DNA from: an uncultured Planctomycetia bacterium
GTDB taxonomy: Bacteria > Planctomycetota > MHYJ01 > WSZJ01
Assembly: GCA_963706735.1 (NCBI GenBank)
Contig: CAVPNQ010000161.1
Coordinates: 14,756 to 78,755, forward strand
Length of the DNA stretch: 64,000 bases
Direction: 5' to 3'
Of this stretch, positions 36,504 to 46,121 are shown piece after piece (positions within the stretch are counted from its first letter, which is position 1; the number at the start of each line of letters is the position of its first letter). The notes beneath the pieces were generated by a model that was given only the letters and a program-made list of their open reading frames with translations, did no database searches and was not told the DNA's origin. Both the position numbers and the translations under genes were made by a program.

Positions 36504-37150
36504 CCCGCCATCGGCGCCTTCTTCCTCGCTCGCGTCCCCTTCGCCTCGTACATCGCGGCGTCGCTTCGCCGCAGAAGCGACCGTGCGCTCTCCCCCGCGC
36601 GGCGCTCCTCGATCCCGATCGAGAGGGTGACACCAAAGCGCGCCAGCAGCCCGCCGTCATGGTCGGCCAGCGCTTCCGAGAGGACCGTCCGGGCGTCCGC
36701 CGCGGCCGCTCCCGGCAGGATGACCGCGAACTCGTCGCCGCCGATGCGATAGGCGCCGTCGCCGCAGCGGAGCGAAGCACGGAGGGCGTGGCCCACCGCG
36801 CGCAGCACCTCGTCGCCGGCTTCGTGCCCGTGCGTGTCGTTGATCTCCTTGAACGCGTCCACGTCCGCGAAGGCGATGGCCAGCGGCGCTTCCCCCGCCC
36901 TGCGGACTTCACGGGCGAGGTCGTCCTCGAAGCGGCGCCGGTTGGGGAGGCCGGTGAGGGGATCGGTTTCCGAGAGGGAGCGGTAGCGGTCGGCGTCGCG
37001 GTAGAGCGCGTGGACGAAGGCCGCCAGGATGAGGCCGACGATCACTTCTGTGACGACTTCGCGCAGGTGGACGGGGAAGTGCCCGGTGTCGATCCAGTCG
37101 GTGGCGACGGGGACGAGGGCGACGAGGTAGCCCCAGCGGATGCGGTTCAC
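36482..37150 (-). CDS. Diguanylate cyclase (GGDEF) with two N-terminal TM segments
   Basis: Motifs DPLTGLPNRRRF and YRIGGDEFAVIL. The GTG start overlaps the TerC stop (GTGA). The remainder of the listed 498-aa ORF is a shadow of the terC gene. Confidence 0.85.
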   Translation of the reverse strand: MNRIRWGYLVALVPVATDWIDTGHFPVHLREVVTEVIVGLILAAFVHALYRDADRYRSLSETDPLTGLPNRRRFEDDLAREVRRAGEAPLAIAFADVDAFKEINDTHGHEAGDEVLRAVGHALRASLRCGDGAYRIGGDEFAVILPGAAAADARTVLSEALADHDGGLLARFGVTLSIGIEERRAGESARSLLRRSDAAMYEAKGTRARKKAPMAGQRGATP

Positions 37151-38094
37151 AGGGCTTCGCCCTCCGCCTTGACGGGAACAGGCGCGTGCGCCCGCGGCCG
37201 CAGGACGCTGAGCAGGATCGCGGCGCCGAGGATCCCGACGATGACGCAGAGCGAAACGAGCGGTGAGATCTTCACGTAGTCCGAGATGACCATCTTGACG
37301 CCCACGAACCCCAGCACCAGGGCGAGGGCGGGCTTGAGGTACGTGAAGAGTCCCAGCACGCCGGACAGCGCGAAGTAGAGGGAGCGCAGGCCGAGGATGG
37401 CGAAGATGTTGGACGTGTAGACGATGAACGGGTCCGGGGTGATGGCGAAGATCGCGGGGATGGAGTCCACCGCGAAGACCAGGTCGGTGAATTCCACGGT
37501 GAGGAGGACGAGGAACAGGGGCGTGGCGACGAGTTTTCCCGCGCGGCGGGTGAAGAAGCGGTCGCCGTCGTAGGTCTCGCTGACGGGCATGAGGCGGCGG
37601 AAGATCCGCACGACCGGGTTGCGGTCCGGGTGGGCGGACTCCTCCTTCTGGAACGCCAGCTTGAGCGCGGTCAGGATGAGGAACCCGCCGAAGACGTAGA
37701 TGACCCAGTGGAAGTTCGCGAGCAGGGCGGCGCCGGCCGCGATCATGACGGCGCGCAGCAGCAGCGCGCCCAGGATCCCCCAGAACAGGACCTTGTGCTG
37801 CCACTCCCTCGGCACCGCGAAGTACGAGAACACGATGAGGAACACGAACAGGTTGTCCACGCTGAGCGATTTCTCGACCAGGTAGCCCGTCAGGAACTGG
37901 ATCCCCGCTTCCGGCCCGCGCCAGATCCATACGCCCGTGTTGAACAGCAGCGCGAGCCCGACCCAGACGCCGCTCCACGTGAGCGCCTCGCGGACGGAGA
38001 CCGCGTGCGACTTCCGGTGGAACAGTCCCAGGTCGATCGCCAGCATCAACGCAACGAAGGCGGTGAAGCCGGCGTAAAGCCAGGTCGAGCCCAT
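37147..38094 (-). CDS. TerC/Alx-family integral membrane protein
   Basis: Motifs YLVEKSLSVDNLFVFLIVF and DSIPAIFAIT; about 8 TM helices. Confidence 0.9.
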   Translation of the reverse strand: MGSTWLYAGFTAFVALMLAIDLGLFHRKSHAVSVREALTWSGVWVGLALLFNTGVWIWRGPEAGIQFLTGYLVEKSLSVDNLFVFLIVFSYFAVPREWQHKVLFWGILGALLLRAVMIAAGAALLANFHWVIYVFGGFLILTALKLAFQKEESAHPDRNPVVRIFRRLMPVSETYDGDRFFTRRAGKLVATPLFLVLLTVEFTDLVFAVDSIPAIFAITPDPFIVYTSNIFAILGLRSLYFALSGVLGLFTYLKPALALVLGFVGVKMVISDYVKISPLVSLCVIVGILGAAILLSVLRPRAHAPVPVKAEGEAL

Positions 38095-38122
38095 GTCTGG
38101 ATCCTCCGTGGGTTCAGTTGTG

Positions 38123-38461
38123 TTACAGCGCGAGGTCTCTGCGCGGGCGGCGCCCTTCGCGGCCCGCGCGCTCCAGCGCCCGGGCGACCGACCTCCCGGC
38201 GCACTCCGCCGCGCGACCCACCGCGGCCTCCATGACGGTGTCCACGTCCTCCGCCAGCACGACGCCCGCGCCGCCGAGGTCCACGCTGATCCGGCAGGCC
38301 TTGTCCACCCCTCCCTTGGGGCCGTTCCGGTCCTCCAGCCGCACCGAAACTCCCGCAATCCGCGGCGCGAACCGGCCCATCGCGAACTCCAGCCGGAACT
38401 CGACGAATTCGCGGAAATCAGCGCCGTCCGGGAGGCCTCGGGTGCTCATGCGGATCTTCAT
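38123..38461 (-). CDS. HPF/RaiA-family ribosome-associated protein
   Basis: 112 aa. FREFVEFRLEFAMGRFAPRIAGVSVRLEDRNGPKGGVDKACRISVDL matches the short HPF/S30AE pattern. Confidence 0.7.
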   Translation of the reverse strand: MKIRMSTRGLPDGADFREFVEFRLEFAMGRFAPRIAGVSVRLEDRNGPKGGVDKACRISVDLGGAGVVLAEDVDTVMEAAVGRAAECAGRSVARALERAGREGRRPRRDLAL

Positions 38462-38588
38462 GGCGGGCTCCTTTCGATGGGAAGCGGGGGTGTCGTCGTT
38501 TGCCGGCTCTCTTGATACGCTCCGCGGGATCATTCGACTATTCGATAAAGAGTGATGAACACTTCGAAAAAACCTAATCTTCATCCCC

Positions 38589-39527
38589 GTGGACTGGCTC
38601 AATTACCACCACCTGCAGTACTTCTGGCTCACCGCGCGCGAGGGAAGCCTCGGCCGCGCCGCACAGGCCCTTCACCGCACCCAGGCCACCCTGAGCGGCC
38701 AGATCCGCGCGCTCGAGCGCGACCTCGGCGTGAAGCTCTTCCAGAAGGCCGGCCGCCAGCTCGCGCTGACCGACCAGGGACGCGTCGCGTTCCGGTACGC
38801 CGACGAAATCTTCGGGACCGGCCGCGAACTGCTCGAGGCCCTTCGCGGCCGCGCACCCGACGCCGCGCTGGAATTCTCGGTCGGCGTCGTGGACTCGATC
38901 CCCAAGCTCGTGGCGTACCGGCTGCTCGCGCCGGTGCTGGCGATGAAGGAACCCGTGCGGCTCGAAGTGTACGAGGACCGCGCGGACCGGTTGCTCGCGC
39001 GCCTCTCCGTGCACGAGCTGGACCTCGTCATCTCGGACTCGCCCGTGCCGCCGACCGTGAGCGTGCGCGCCTACAACCACCTGCTCGGCGAATGCGGCGT
39101 GACGTTCTTCGCGCCCGCGAAGTCCGCGAAGGCGCTGCGGAAGGGCTTTCCGCGCTCGCTCTCCCGGGCGCCCTTCCTCACGCCGCTCGAAAACACGACG
39201 CTCTCACGCGGGCTCGAGCAGTTCTGGCAGCGGGCCGGCGTCCGTCCGCGGATCGTCGCCGCGTTCGAGGACTCCGCGCTTCTCAAGACGTTCGCGGGGG
39301 CGGGAAGAGGCGCGTTCGCGGGGCCGGCGCTGGTCGAGCGGGAGGTGTGCCGCGAGTACGGCGTCGCGGTGATCGGGCACGCCCCGGAGATCGTCGAGCG
39401 GTTCTACGCGATTTCCGTCGAGCGCAAGGTGAGGCACCCGGCGGTGATGGCGGTCACGGAAGCGGCGCGGGGCGGACGCCGCGAGGTGAACGTGGCGTCG
39501 ATCCCGCACCCGGGGACTCGTGCCTGA
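38589..39527 (+). CDS. LysR-family transcriptional regulator (NhaR-like)
   Basis: N-terminal LNYHHLQYFWLTAREGSLGRAAQALHRTQATLSGQIRALE wHTH, plus a LysR substrate-binding domain. GTG start. Confidence 0.9.
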   Translation: MDWLNYHHLQYFWLTAREGSLGRAAQALHRTQATLSGQIRALERDLGVKLFQKAGRQLALTDQGRVAFRYADEIFGTGRELLEALRGRAPDAALEFSVGVVDSIPKLVAYRLLAPVLAMKEPVRLEVYEDRADRLLARLSVHELDLVISDSPVPPTVSVRAYNHLLGECGVTFFAPAKSAKALRKGFPRSLSRAPFLTPLENTTLSRGLEQFWQRAGVRPRIVAAFEDSALLKTFAGAGRGAFAGPALVEREVCREYGVAVIGHAPEIVERFYAISVERKVRHPAVMAVTEAARGGRREVNVASIPHPGTRA

Positions 39528-39545
39528 TCTCGTCGGATTGACCCG

Positions 39546-40826
39546 TCAAACCGCGGCAAAGTCCCGCTCAATCCGTCGTGCTTCGGCCGCCGGCAGGCCT
39601 GCCTTCTTCGCAAACCCCGCCCATCCCGAGAGAGCCTCGCGGACTTCCCCGAGGATTTCCTTCGGGCGCCTGACCTCGAAACGGTCGGCGTCCGCGAGCA
39701 GGTCCGCGCGCGAGATGCCGTCGAACATCCCGTTCACGGACATCAGGTGGTTCCGCGTCCACTCTCCCTTCGGGTTGTGGGCGTGCGTGACGTCGTAGGC
39801 AGGCGCGAGTTCCCAGCCGGCTTCCATCTTCAGCCGGAACGCGACATTCTTGGTGTGGTCGTCGCAGTTCCGGGCCATCACGTTGAAGGACATCCGGCGG
39901 AAGACCTCGCGCATCGCGTCGTCGCCCAGGCGCAGGCGCGAAGCGGCGAGGAAGAGCTGGGCGTACGCGTGCGTGGAGCGCTTTCGGTAGTCCAGGTGCT
40001 CGAGCGCGCAGAGCGACTGGACATGGTGTTTCCGGTTCGCCTCGCGGTCGAAGCGGCGGGTCATGAAGTGTGCGCGGCCGTTTTCCTCCAGGAGCCGGCA
40101 GGGGGCCATGTCGATCCCCGCGGCCGTGGCCATGAGGTGGTAGGCGTATTCGATGCGGCCGAAGTGGGCGCCCGGCCCGAACGCGTGGTCCTTTCCGACG
40201 CCGTCGAACTTGAGGAGCCAGTGTTCGAAGCCCCGGGCGGCCTCGAACTGCCCGCTGCGGATTTCGCCGGACTTCGGATTCCACGCAACGACGGCCTTCG
40301 CGCGCGCCCCTCCCGCCGACACCCCGACGCGGATGATGTTCGCGAGCGCGGCCTGCGCTTCGCGATCGCCGGCAAAATCTCCGCGAAGCGCCCGGCGTGC
40401 GGCCTCGACGAGCGATTTCATCTCGAGGGGTTCCACGCTTTCGCGCGTTGAGCCCAGGACGGGCCTGAACTCGAGCGCTCCCATCGCGCGACGGCCCGCG
40501 TACGCGAGCCGGTCCAGCGCCGTCACTTCGTCGCGCGCAACGCCCCGGGCCGCCATCCACGCGTCGATCAGGGAGTTGCCGAAGTCGTCGGGCAGCGCGT
40601 CCGCGATCAGGCCCGGGAGGCCGCGGAACGAGGGTTTCGGGAGTTCCGGAAACGCGAACGGATCGCGGTAGCCGCGGGTGGGCATCGTGAGGGGCGCGAG
40701 TTCGATTCCGGACCGCACCCAGGCAGGGTCGTAGCCGAACGCATACGCCCCGAGCTGCGGATCGAGGGCGACAGCGCCGACCCGATTGCCCCAGATGCGG
40801 ACTTCGACGACCTCCACATGTTTCAT
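39546..40826 (-). CDS. hipA: HipA-family Ser/Thr kinase toxin
   Basis: HipA N-terminal coupling region (VRIWGNRVGAVALD) and a C-terminal kinase domain (ARNCDDHTKNVAF). 4-nt overlap with the upstream HTH gene. Confidence 0.9.
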   Translation of the reverse strand: MKHVEVVEVRIWGNRVGAVALDPQLGAYAFGYDPAWVRSGIELAPLTMPTRGYRDPFAFPELPKPSFRGLPGLIADALPDDFGNSLIDAWMAARGVARDEVTALDRLAYAGRRAMGALEFRPVLGSTRESVEPLEMKSLVEAARRALRGDFAGDREAQAALANIIRVGVSAGGARAKAVVAWNPKSGEIRSGQFEAARGFEHWLLKFDGVGKDHAFGPGAHFGRIEYAYHLMATAAGIDMAPCRLLEENGRAHFMTRRFDREANRKHHVQSLCALEHLDYRKRSTHAYAQLFLAASRLRLGDDAMREVFRRMSFNVMARNCDDHTKNVAFRLKMEAGWELAPAYDVTHAHNPKGEWTRNHLMSVNGMFDGISRADLLADADRFEVRRPKEILGEVREALSGWAGFAKKAGLPAAEARRIERDFAAV

Positions 40827-41161
40827 TGCGAGGACCCCGGCGAGCCGCCCCCGCGGGCGCGTCGGACTCGCCGCGGTTCCTTGCGACCGCGTTGAAGGAG
40901 CTCCATGGGATCGATCCCGGGGCGCGGAGCCAGGGAGTCGAGGCCCTCGAGAGCATCGAGGGCGCGCAGCGTTCTCAGGAGTGTCTCGACGGTGGAGCCG
41001 CGGCCGGTCTCCAGGTTTCGAAGTGCCCGCTCTGAAACGCCGGCCTTCTCGGCGGTGGTTCGCTGGTCGAGATTCCTGCGAAGCCGCATCCGGCGAAGGC
41101 GTTCGCCGAGGTCCCGCTGAAGATCACGGGTGCCGTTAAATCTATGTTCCATAAACGGCAT
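40823..41161 (-). CDS. hipB: HipB-like XRE-family antitoxin
   Basis: HTH LGERLRRMRLRRNLDQRTTAEKAGVSERALRNLETG, directly upstream of hipA. Confidence 0.8.
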   Translation of the reverse strand: MPFMEHRFNGTRDLQRDLGERLRRMRLRRNLDQRTTAEKAGVSERALRNLETGRGSTVETLLRTLRALDALEGLDSLAPRPGIDPMELLQRGRKEPRRVRRARGGGSPGSSQ

Positions 41162-41210
41162 TATACTACCGATTACGTAAAATATTATAGATAAACGGCA
41201 ATATATTGCT
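41131..41210. promoter_or_regulatory. AT-rich hipBA control region with repeated ATAAACGGCA(A/T)TAT boxes
   Basis: ataaacggcattatac (41151-41166, spanning the hipB start) and ataaacggcaatatat (41191-41206). Inverted tgccgtt/aacggca. 12-bp palindrome gcaatatattgc (41198-41209). Confidence 0.4.
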
Positions 41211-41397
41211 CTTAATCAACTGGCTATGAAACAGCTTAAATCTACCTGTATGCAGGAGCGATCAGAGCGCGAGAAAAATTCGAGCGCCGTCACCGGTCTC
41301 ACCGCGCACGCCCGACGTCGTAACGGCTCGACGTCGGGGCGCGCGGTTCGACCGGCGCCGGCGTTTGACGATCAAACCCCTGCTGCCGAGGCGCCGC

Positions 41398-41700
41398 ATG
41401 AGCGGCAAGAATCTGTTCGGCGAGATGGTGCAGAATGAAGAATCGTCGAAGAGTGCGGTTCCGGCGAAGAAGCGGGTGGGTCCCGCCAAACTGCTGCGGG
41501 CGGAGAGAAACCAGGATCTGCTGACGCCGACAGATCTTGAGGGGCTGTTGCCGGCCGATCACGTCGCCCGCGGCATGTGGGAACTGCTCGGGAAACTGGA
41601 TCTTGCGCGTTTCCTGGCCGCGATCGATTCGCGGGAAGCCGAGGCGGGGCCGCCGGCGATCAGCACCTCCCCAGGCCGGGCGATCCACACCTCCTCGCGC
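41398..41700 (+). pseudogene. Remnant of an IS5/IS1182-type transposase N-terminus (DUF772-like)
   Basis: ...RNQDLLTPTDLEGLLPADHVARGMWELLGKLDLARFLAAI... resembles the conserved N-terminal transposase region. The reading frame then degenerates and no catalytic domain follows. Confidence 0.5.
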
Positions 41701-41804
41701 GCCGGACGGGCCGGTGGCGCGTGCCGTAGGGCGAATGTTTCTCGCGCTCTCAGTGCGGGACGTCACGATCCGGCTGAAGGCCGACGAGCAGGTCGGCGGG
41801 GCTT

Positions 41805-43217
41805 TCAGGGAGGAAGCGCGTCGCGGTCGGCCGCTCCACGCCCCGCGGCGGCGGCACGATCGGCGCAAGCCCATCGGGCAATGTATGCCGCGCTGTCGAA
41901 TTTCCGGCGCGTGCTTTCCAGGCTCATGAACCGCACCGTCCCGAACACGGGCCGCTCGGGGCCCCAGGCGCGGTCGTGCTTGCCGCCGATCGCCCAGGCG
42001 ATGCCGGCGTAGCCGTTCGGGTCGCGGCCGTCGAGTTCCCATCGGTCGTTGAGGCGGACGGCGCGGGCGAAGGCCTCGGCGGGCGAGGGCGACCACTCGA
42101 GGATCTTCTTCGCCCAGTACATGCGGAGGTAGTTGTGCATCCACCCGGATTCCGTCATCTGCCTCTGGGCCGCGTTCCAGAGCGGGTCGTGCGTCGCGGC
42201 GCGCTCCAGCTCCTCCTCCGTGTACAGGCGGCGCGCGTCGGCCGCGTGGCGCGCCAGGGAGCCCTTCGCCCAGCCTTCGCAGCTTTCGAGGGAGTCGTAG
42301 TGCTCATTGAAGCGGACGAAGTTGACGGCGAGTTCGCGGCGGACGACGAGCTGCTCGAGGAAGGCGTCGCGGTCGGCTTTCGGCGCGGAGGCGCCCTGCA
42401 CGGCGAGGGCAACCGTGAGGGGCGAGAGGTGGCCGAAGTGCAGCCACGGGGAGAGGGCGCTGGTGCCGTCGAGTTCGGGGTGGTTGCGGCCGCGGTCGTA
42501 GCGGGGGAGGAGACTTCGCGTGAAGTGCCGGAGGCGGGCGAGCGCGGCGGCGGTGCCGCCTTGCCAGCCGGAAACGGGGGCTGTCGAGCGGTCGCACGGG
42601 AAGCCGCGGAGCCAGTCGGCGCCGGCGGGGACGGTGGAGGCGCGCGTCTTCCACGGGATCGCGGCGCGAACCGGCTTCGAGGGATGCAGGAACTCCGGAA
42701 GAAGCCTGTGGATTCGCGGGCGGATCGTGCGGGCGGCGTACTGTTCCTTGAGGAGGAGGCGGGTCGGGACGATGACGTCCGCGTCCACGGTCCAGAGAGG
42801 GACCTCGAGGCGCGACGCCGCCGCGCGGCGCCAGCGATCGGGCTCGCGAAGCGGGTTCTCGTCGCCGACGACGAGCGCGGGGCGGACTTCGCGGCAGAAC
42901 GCGTCGAGCGAGTGGGCGGGGAACGGCCGGAACACGAACCCCACTCCCTTCTTCGCGAGTCCCGCGGCGATGTCCGGCACGCCCTGCGCCAGGAACGCGA
43001 AGTGGCGGAGGTTCGCACCGGGATAGAACGGAACCGGCGCGAAGAACGCCACGCACGGGACGCGCAGCAGATTCGCCGCGCGGATCGCCACGTCGAGCGC
43101 CGGGTTGTCCACCGCCCGCTGCGCGCGCTGCATCCACAGCACGACGCACCGACCCTCCGCCGCCGGCGGGCCGGCGCGGCGGACGAAGACCCGTGGGTCC
43201 CGGGAGAGCGCTTCCAT
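41805..43217 (-). CDS. phr: Deoxyribodipyrimidine photolyase, class II-like
   Basis: N-terminal VVLWMQRAQRAVDNPAL and C-terminal GWMHNYLRMYWAKKILEW, GKHDRAWGPERPVFGTVRFMS. The start overlaps the ybgA stop by 1 nt. Confidence 0.9.
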   Translation of the reverse strand: MEALSRDPRVFVRRAGPPAAEGRCVVLWMQRAQRAVDNPALDVAIRAANLLRVPCVAFFAPVPFYPGANLRHFAFLAQGVPDIAAGLAKKGVGFVFRPFPAHSLDAFCREVRPALVVGDENPLREPDRWRRAAASRLEVPLWTVDADVIVPTRLLLKEQYAARTIRPRIHRLLPEFLHPSKPVRAAIPWKTRASTVPAGADWLRGFPCDRSTAPVSGWQGGTAAALARLRHFTRSLLPRYDRGRNHPELDGTSALSPWLHFGHLSPLTVALAVQGASAPKADRDAFLEQLVVRRELAVNFVRFNEHYDSLESCEGWAKGSLARHAADARRLYTEEELERAATHDPLWNAAQRQMTESGWMHNYLRMYWAKKILEWSPSPAEAFARAVRLNDRWELDGRDPNGYAGIAWAIGGKHDRAWGPERPVFGTVRFMSLESTRRKFDSAAYIARWACADRAAAAGRGAADRDALPP

Positions 43218-44152
43218 CACACGTGGTTCCGCAGTTTCAGCCCCGCGGGCGCCGGGTCGAAGTAGGTCTGCTGGAGCAGGTACGCCACCTTCAGCCGCCG
43301 CGCGCCCTGCCGGATCAGCCGCACGGGCACTTCCAGCGCCACCTCCCGCGCCCGGTAGTCCGCGATCGCTTCTTCGATTCCGCGACGCTCCTCGGAAGAG
43401 AGCCCCTCCTTGAAGTACCCGGCCATGTGCTGAAGCACGTTCACGTGCCGCCCGCGCGTCGCCTTCTGGGAGAGCCCTTCCATGAAGAGCCGGCCGTATT
43501 CGTCGCGGACCTCCGCCTTTCCCCGGGCGACCAGGGGGCCGAGGCGGCGGTAGTGATCGGGGGAGTGGGCGAGGAGCTGGAGCTTGTGGCGGGCGTGGAA
43601 GTCCACGAGGTCGCGGGCGCGGAAGGGGGAGGCTGCGAGGTCGCGCCAGCGGCGGTGGGCGAAGACGCGCTCGACGAAGTGTTCGCGGAGGGGGGCGTCC
43701 TCGAGGCGGCCTTCTTCCTCGACGGGGAGGAGGGGGAGGCGCTCGAGGAGGACGGCGGCGAAGGCGCCGACGCCGTCCTTGGTGGGCTGGCCGGAGGGGC
43801 GCCAGACCTTGACGCGTTCCATGCCGCAGCTGGGGGAGTTCTTCTTGAGGACGTAGCCGGAGAGGTCCATGGCCTCGAGCTGGCGGACGCGGCGGGTGGA
43901 CCAGGCGTCCATGCGGGCGGTCCAGTCGTCGCCGGAGTCGACGCCGACGAGGCGCGGGTTGGCGGGAGTGCCGGCGAGGTGGACGGCTTCGCGGGGGACG
44001 CCCATGCCGACCTCGAGTTCGGGGCAGACGGGGACCCACTCCAGGTGAGGGCCCAGCGCGTCCTTGAGCCAGACGTCACGCTTGTGGCCGCCGTCCCAAC
44101 GAACGTTCTCGCCCAGGAGGCAGGAGCTGATGCCGACGCGGGGCGGGGTCAT
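43217..44152 (-). CDS. ybgA: YbgA-family protein (DUF523 + DUF1722)
   Basis: N-terminal VGISSCLLGENVRWDGGHK; C-terminal DUF1722-like FHARHKLQLLAHSP. It precedes the photolyase as in E. coli ybgA-phr. Confidence 0.85.
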   Translation of the reverse strand: MTPPRVGISSCLLGENVRWDGGHKRDVWLKDALGPHLEWVPVCPELEVGMGVPREAVHLAGTPANPRLVGVDSGDDWTARMDAWSTRRVRQLEAMDLSGYVLKKNSPSCGMERVKVWRPSGQPTKDGVGAFAAVLLERLPLLPVEEEGRLEDAPLREHFVERVFAHRRWRDLAASPFRARDLVDFHARHKLQLLAHSPDHYRRLGPLVARGKAEVRDEYGRLFMEGLSQKATRGRHVNVLQHMAGYFKEGLSSEERRGIEEAIADYRAREVALEVPVRLIRQGARRLKVAYLLQQTYFDPAPAGLKLRNHV

Positions 44153-45087
44153 CTTGCCTCTCCGGAAACTGCGCGAGCCATCGCTTCGGGGAAATCCATC
44201 GGGCGAACGGCGAAGTCCTCCAGGGCCTTGCGGTCGCGCACGACCGTCGCGTTCCGCAGCCCCTCGACGAGGTGGCGGCCGATCTGCGCCGTGGCCGGGG
44301 TGACGAGACGGAGCCACAGGGACGAGAGCCGCGGCGTGAGCACGGGAACAGGGATCATGAGCCGCCTGAGGCCGCGCTGCCGGGCGTACTCGCGCATCAG
44401 GTCGCCGTACGTCGTCGCCCGCTCGCCGCCGATTTCGTAGATCCCCCCGCCGCCCCAGGCGCGCGTCGCCGCCTGGAAGAGGTACTCCAGCACGTCGTCG
44501 ATCCCGATCGGCTGGCAGGGCGTCGCAACCCAGCGCGGACAGATCATCACGGGAAGGCGTTCGACGAGCGAAGCGAGAATGCGGAAGGGAAGTGACCCGG
44601 CGCCGAGGACGATGGACGCGCGGAACTCGACGACGGGGATGCCGGCCGAGCGAAGCGCTTCCCCGGTCCTGTGGCGGCTGGCGAGGTGCGGGGACAGGTC
44701 GTCGCGGTCGTCCCCGAGAGCCCCGAGGAAGACGATGCGCCGCACGCCGGCCTCGGCGCATGCCGCCGCGAAGTTCCGGGCGCCGCGCGCCTCGAGTTCG
44801 GCGAAATCGCCCTCCTCGGCCATTCCATGGACGAGGTAGACGGCGGAGTCGACGCCGCGAAGAGCCGGGAGCAGGGAAGCAGGATCCTGGACGTCGGCAC
44901 GGAAAGAGGTGACGCCCGGTATGGGGGCGCGCGCGGATCGCGAGAGGGTATGGACGGCCCGGCCACCGGCGATCAGGCGCTCGACGAGCCTCGATCCGAC
45001 GTATCCGGAGGCGCCCGCGATCGCGATGTGGTGGAAGCTCGGCGAGGAATTGAGGTGGTTCTGACGTGTTTCCGCGAGCGTGCTCAT
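44149..45087 (-). CDS. NAD(P)H-binding SDR/NmrA-like oxidoreductase
   Basis: Rossmann motif IAIAGASGYVGSRLVERL. ATGA overlap with ybgA. The listed ORF starts 8 codons earlier. Confidence 0.8.
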   Translation of the reverse strand: MSTLAETRQNHLNSSPSFHHIAIAGASGYVGSRLVERLIAGGRAVHTLSRSARAPIPGVTSFRADVQDPASLLPALRGVDSAVYLVHGMAEEGDFAELEARGARNFAAACAEAGVRRIVFLGALGDDRDDLSPHLASRHRTGEALRSAGIPVVEFRASIVLGAGSLPFRILASLVERLPVMICPRWVATPCQPIGIDDVLEYLFQAATRAWGGGGIYEIGGERATTYGDLMREYARQRGLRRLMIPVPVLTPRLSSLWLRLVTPATAQIGRHLVEGLRNATVVRDRKALEDFAVRPMDFPEAMARAVSGEAR

Positions 45088-45174
45088 GTGAGTCTCCCCT
45101 GAATGATGCATATATATTTACCATATAAACGCCCATATTGTGTCATCCATTTGATAATAAAATGAGGCGATATA

Positions 45175-45203
45175 TTGACAACAAGGCTAGTCCATCCGAT
45201 ACT
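45175..45203 (+). promoter_or_regulatory. Sigma70-like promoter TTGACA-N17-GATACT for the MerR/B12 regulator; probably a leaderless mRNA
   Basis: ttgaca at 45175-45180 and gatact at 45198-45203. The ATG at 45211 is only 7 nt past the -10 box and has no SD. Confidence 0.45.
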
Positions 45204-45210
45204 TCCCTTC

Positions 45211-46086
45211 ATGACCACCCCCGCCGCCGTCCGCCTTCGCATCGGTGCCGTCGCCCGATCTTCCGGCGTCTCCCCTCACACCATCCGCTCCTGGGAGCGC
45301 CGCCACCACGCCCTCGCCCCCGCTCGCTCCGACGCCGGCGGCCGCCTCTATTCCGAAGCCGACGTCCAGCGCCTTCTGCTCCTCCGCCGCGCCGTCGACG
45401 CCGGCCACTCCATCGGCTCCATCGCCCATCTCCCCGACCCCGATCTCGCACGCCTCGGCCGCTCTTCCGCGCCCGACCCTGCCCGCGACCTCTGCAATCG
45501 CTTCCTCGAGGCCGTCAGCCGCTTCGATCCCGAATCCGCCGAGCGCGAACTCAACCGCGCCGCGGCGCTCTTCCCCCAGGACCGCCTCGTCCGCGAAATC
45601 CTCGCCCCGCTTCTCCGCGACATCGGCGAGCGCTGGGCCCATTCCGAAATCGGCGTCGCGCAGGAACACCTCGCCACCAGCCTCATCCGCGCCCTCCTCG
45701 TCACCCTCATCCGCCTGCAGCCTCCACCGGCCGGCGGCCGGCCGATCGTCTTCGCCACCCTCGAGGGCGAACGCCACGAAATGGGCCTTCTCCTCGCCGC
45801 CTTTCTCGCCGCCGCCCGCCGCCGCCGCGTCGTTTACCTCGGCACCGAAGTCCCCGCCGCCGACCTCGCCCACGCCGCACGCACCTGCAACGCCGCCGCC
45901 ATCGCCCTCAGCCTCGTCTCCGCCAACGACGCTACCGATGCCCTCGACCTCCTCGCGGCTCTCGCCCCCGGCGATACCGCGGTCTGGCTGGGCGGAAGCG
46001 CCGCCCAGTCCCACTCCGACGTCGCCGCTTCTCGCGGATGGAAGGTCCTCTCCGGCACCGACGACCTCGACGCGCTTCTCGCTTAG
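45211..46086 (+). CDS. MerR-family regulator with C-terminal cobalamin-binding domain (CarH/LitR type)
   Basis: MerR HTH LRIGAVARSSGVSPHTIRSWERR. The B12-binding Rossmann region has the E-x-H-x-x-G motif (LEGERHEMGLLL). Divergent from the photolyase operon. Confidence 0.85.
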   Translation: MTTPAAVRLRIGAVARSSGVSPHTIRSWERRHHALAPARSDAGGRLYSEADVQRLLLLRRAVDAGHSIGSIAHLPDPDLARLGRSSAPDPARDLCNRFLEAVSRFDPESAERELNRAAALFPQDRLVREILAPLLRDIGERWAHSEIGVAQEHLATSLIRALLVTLIRLQPPPAGGRPIVFATLEGERHEMGLLLAAFLAAARRRRVVYLGTEVPAADLAHAARTCNAAAIALSLVSANDATDALDLLAALAPGDTAVWLGGSAAQSHSDVAASRGWKVLSGTDDLDALLA

Positions 46087-46121
46087 CCCGCCGCGTCGGC
46101 GCGGATAGCATCCTTCCCGCG

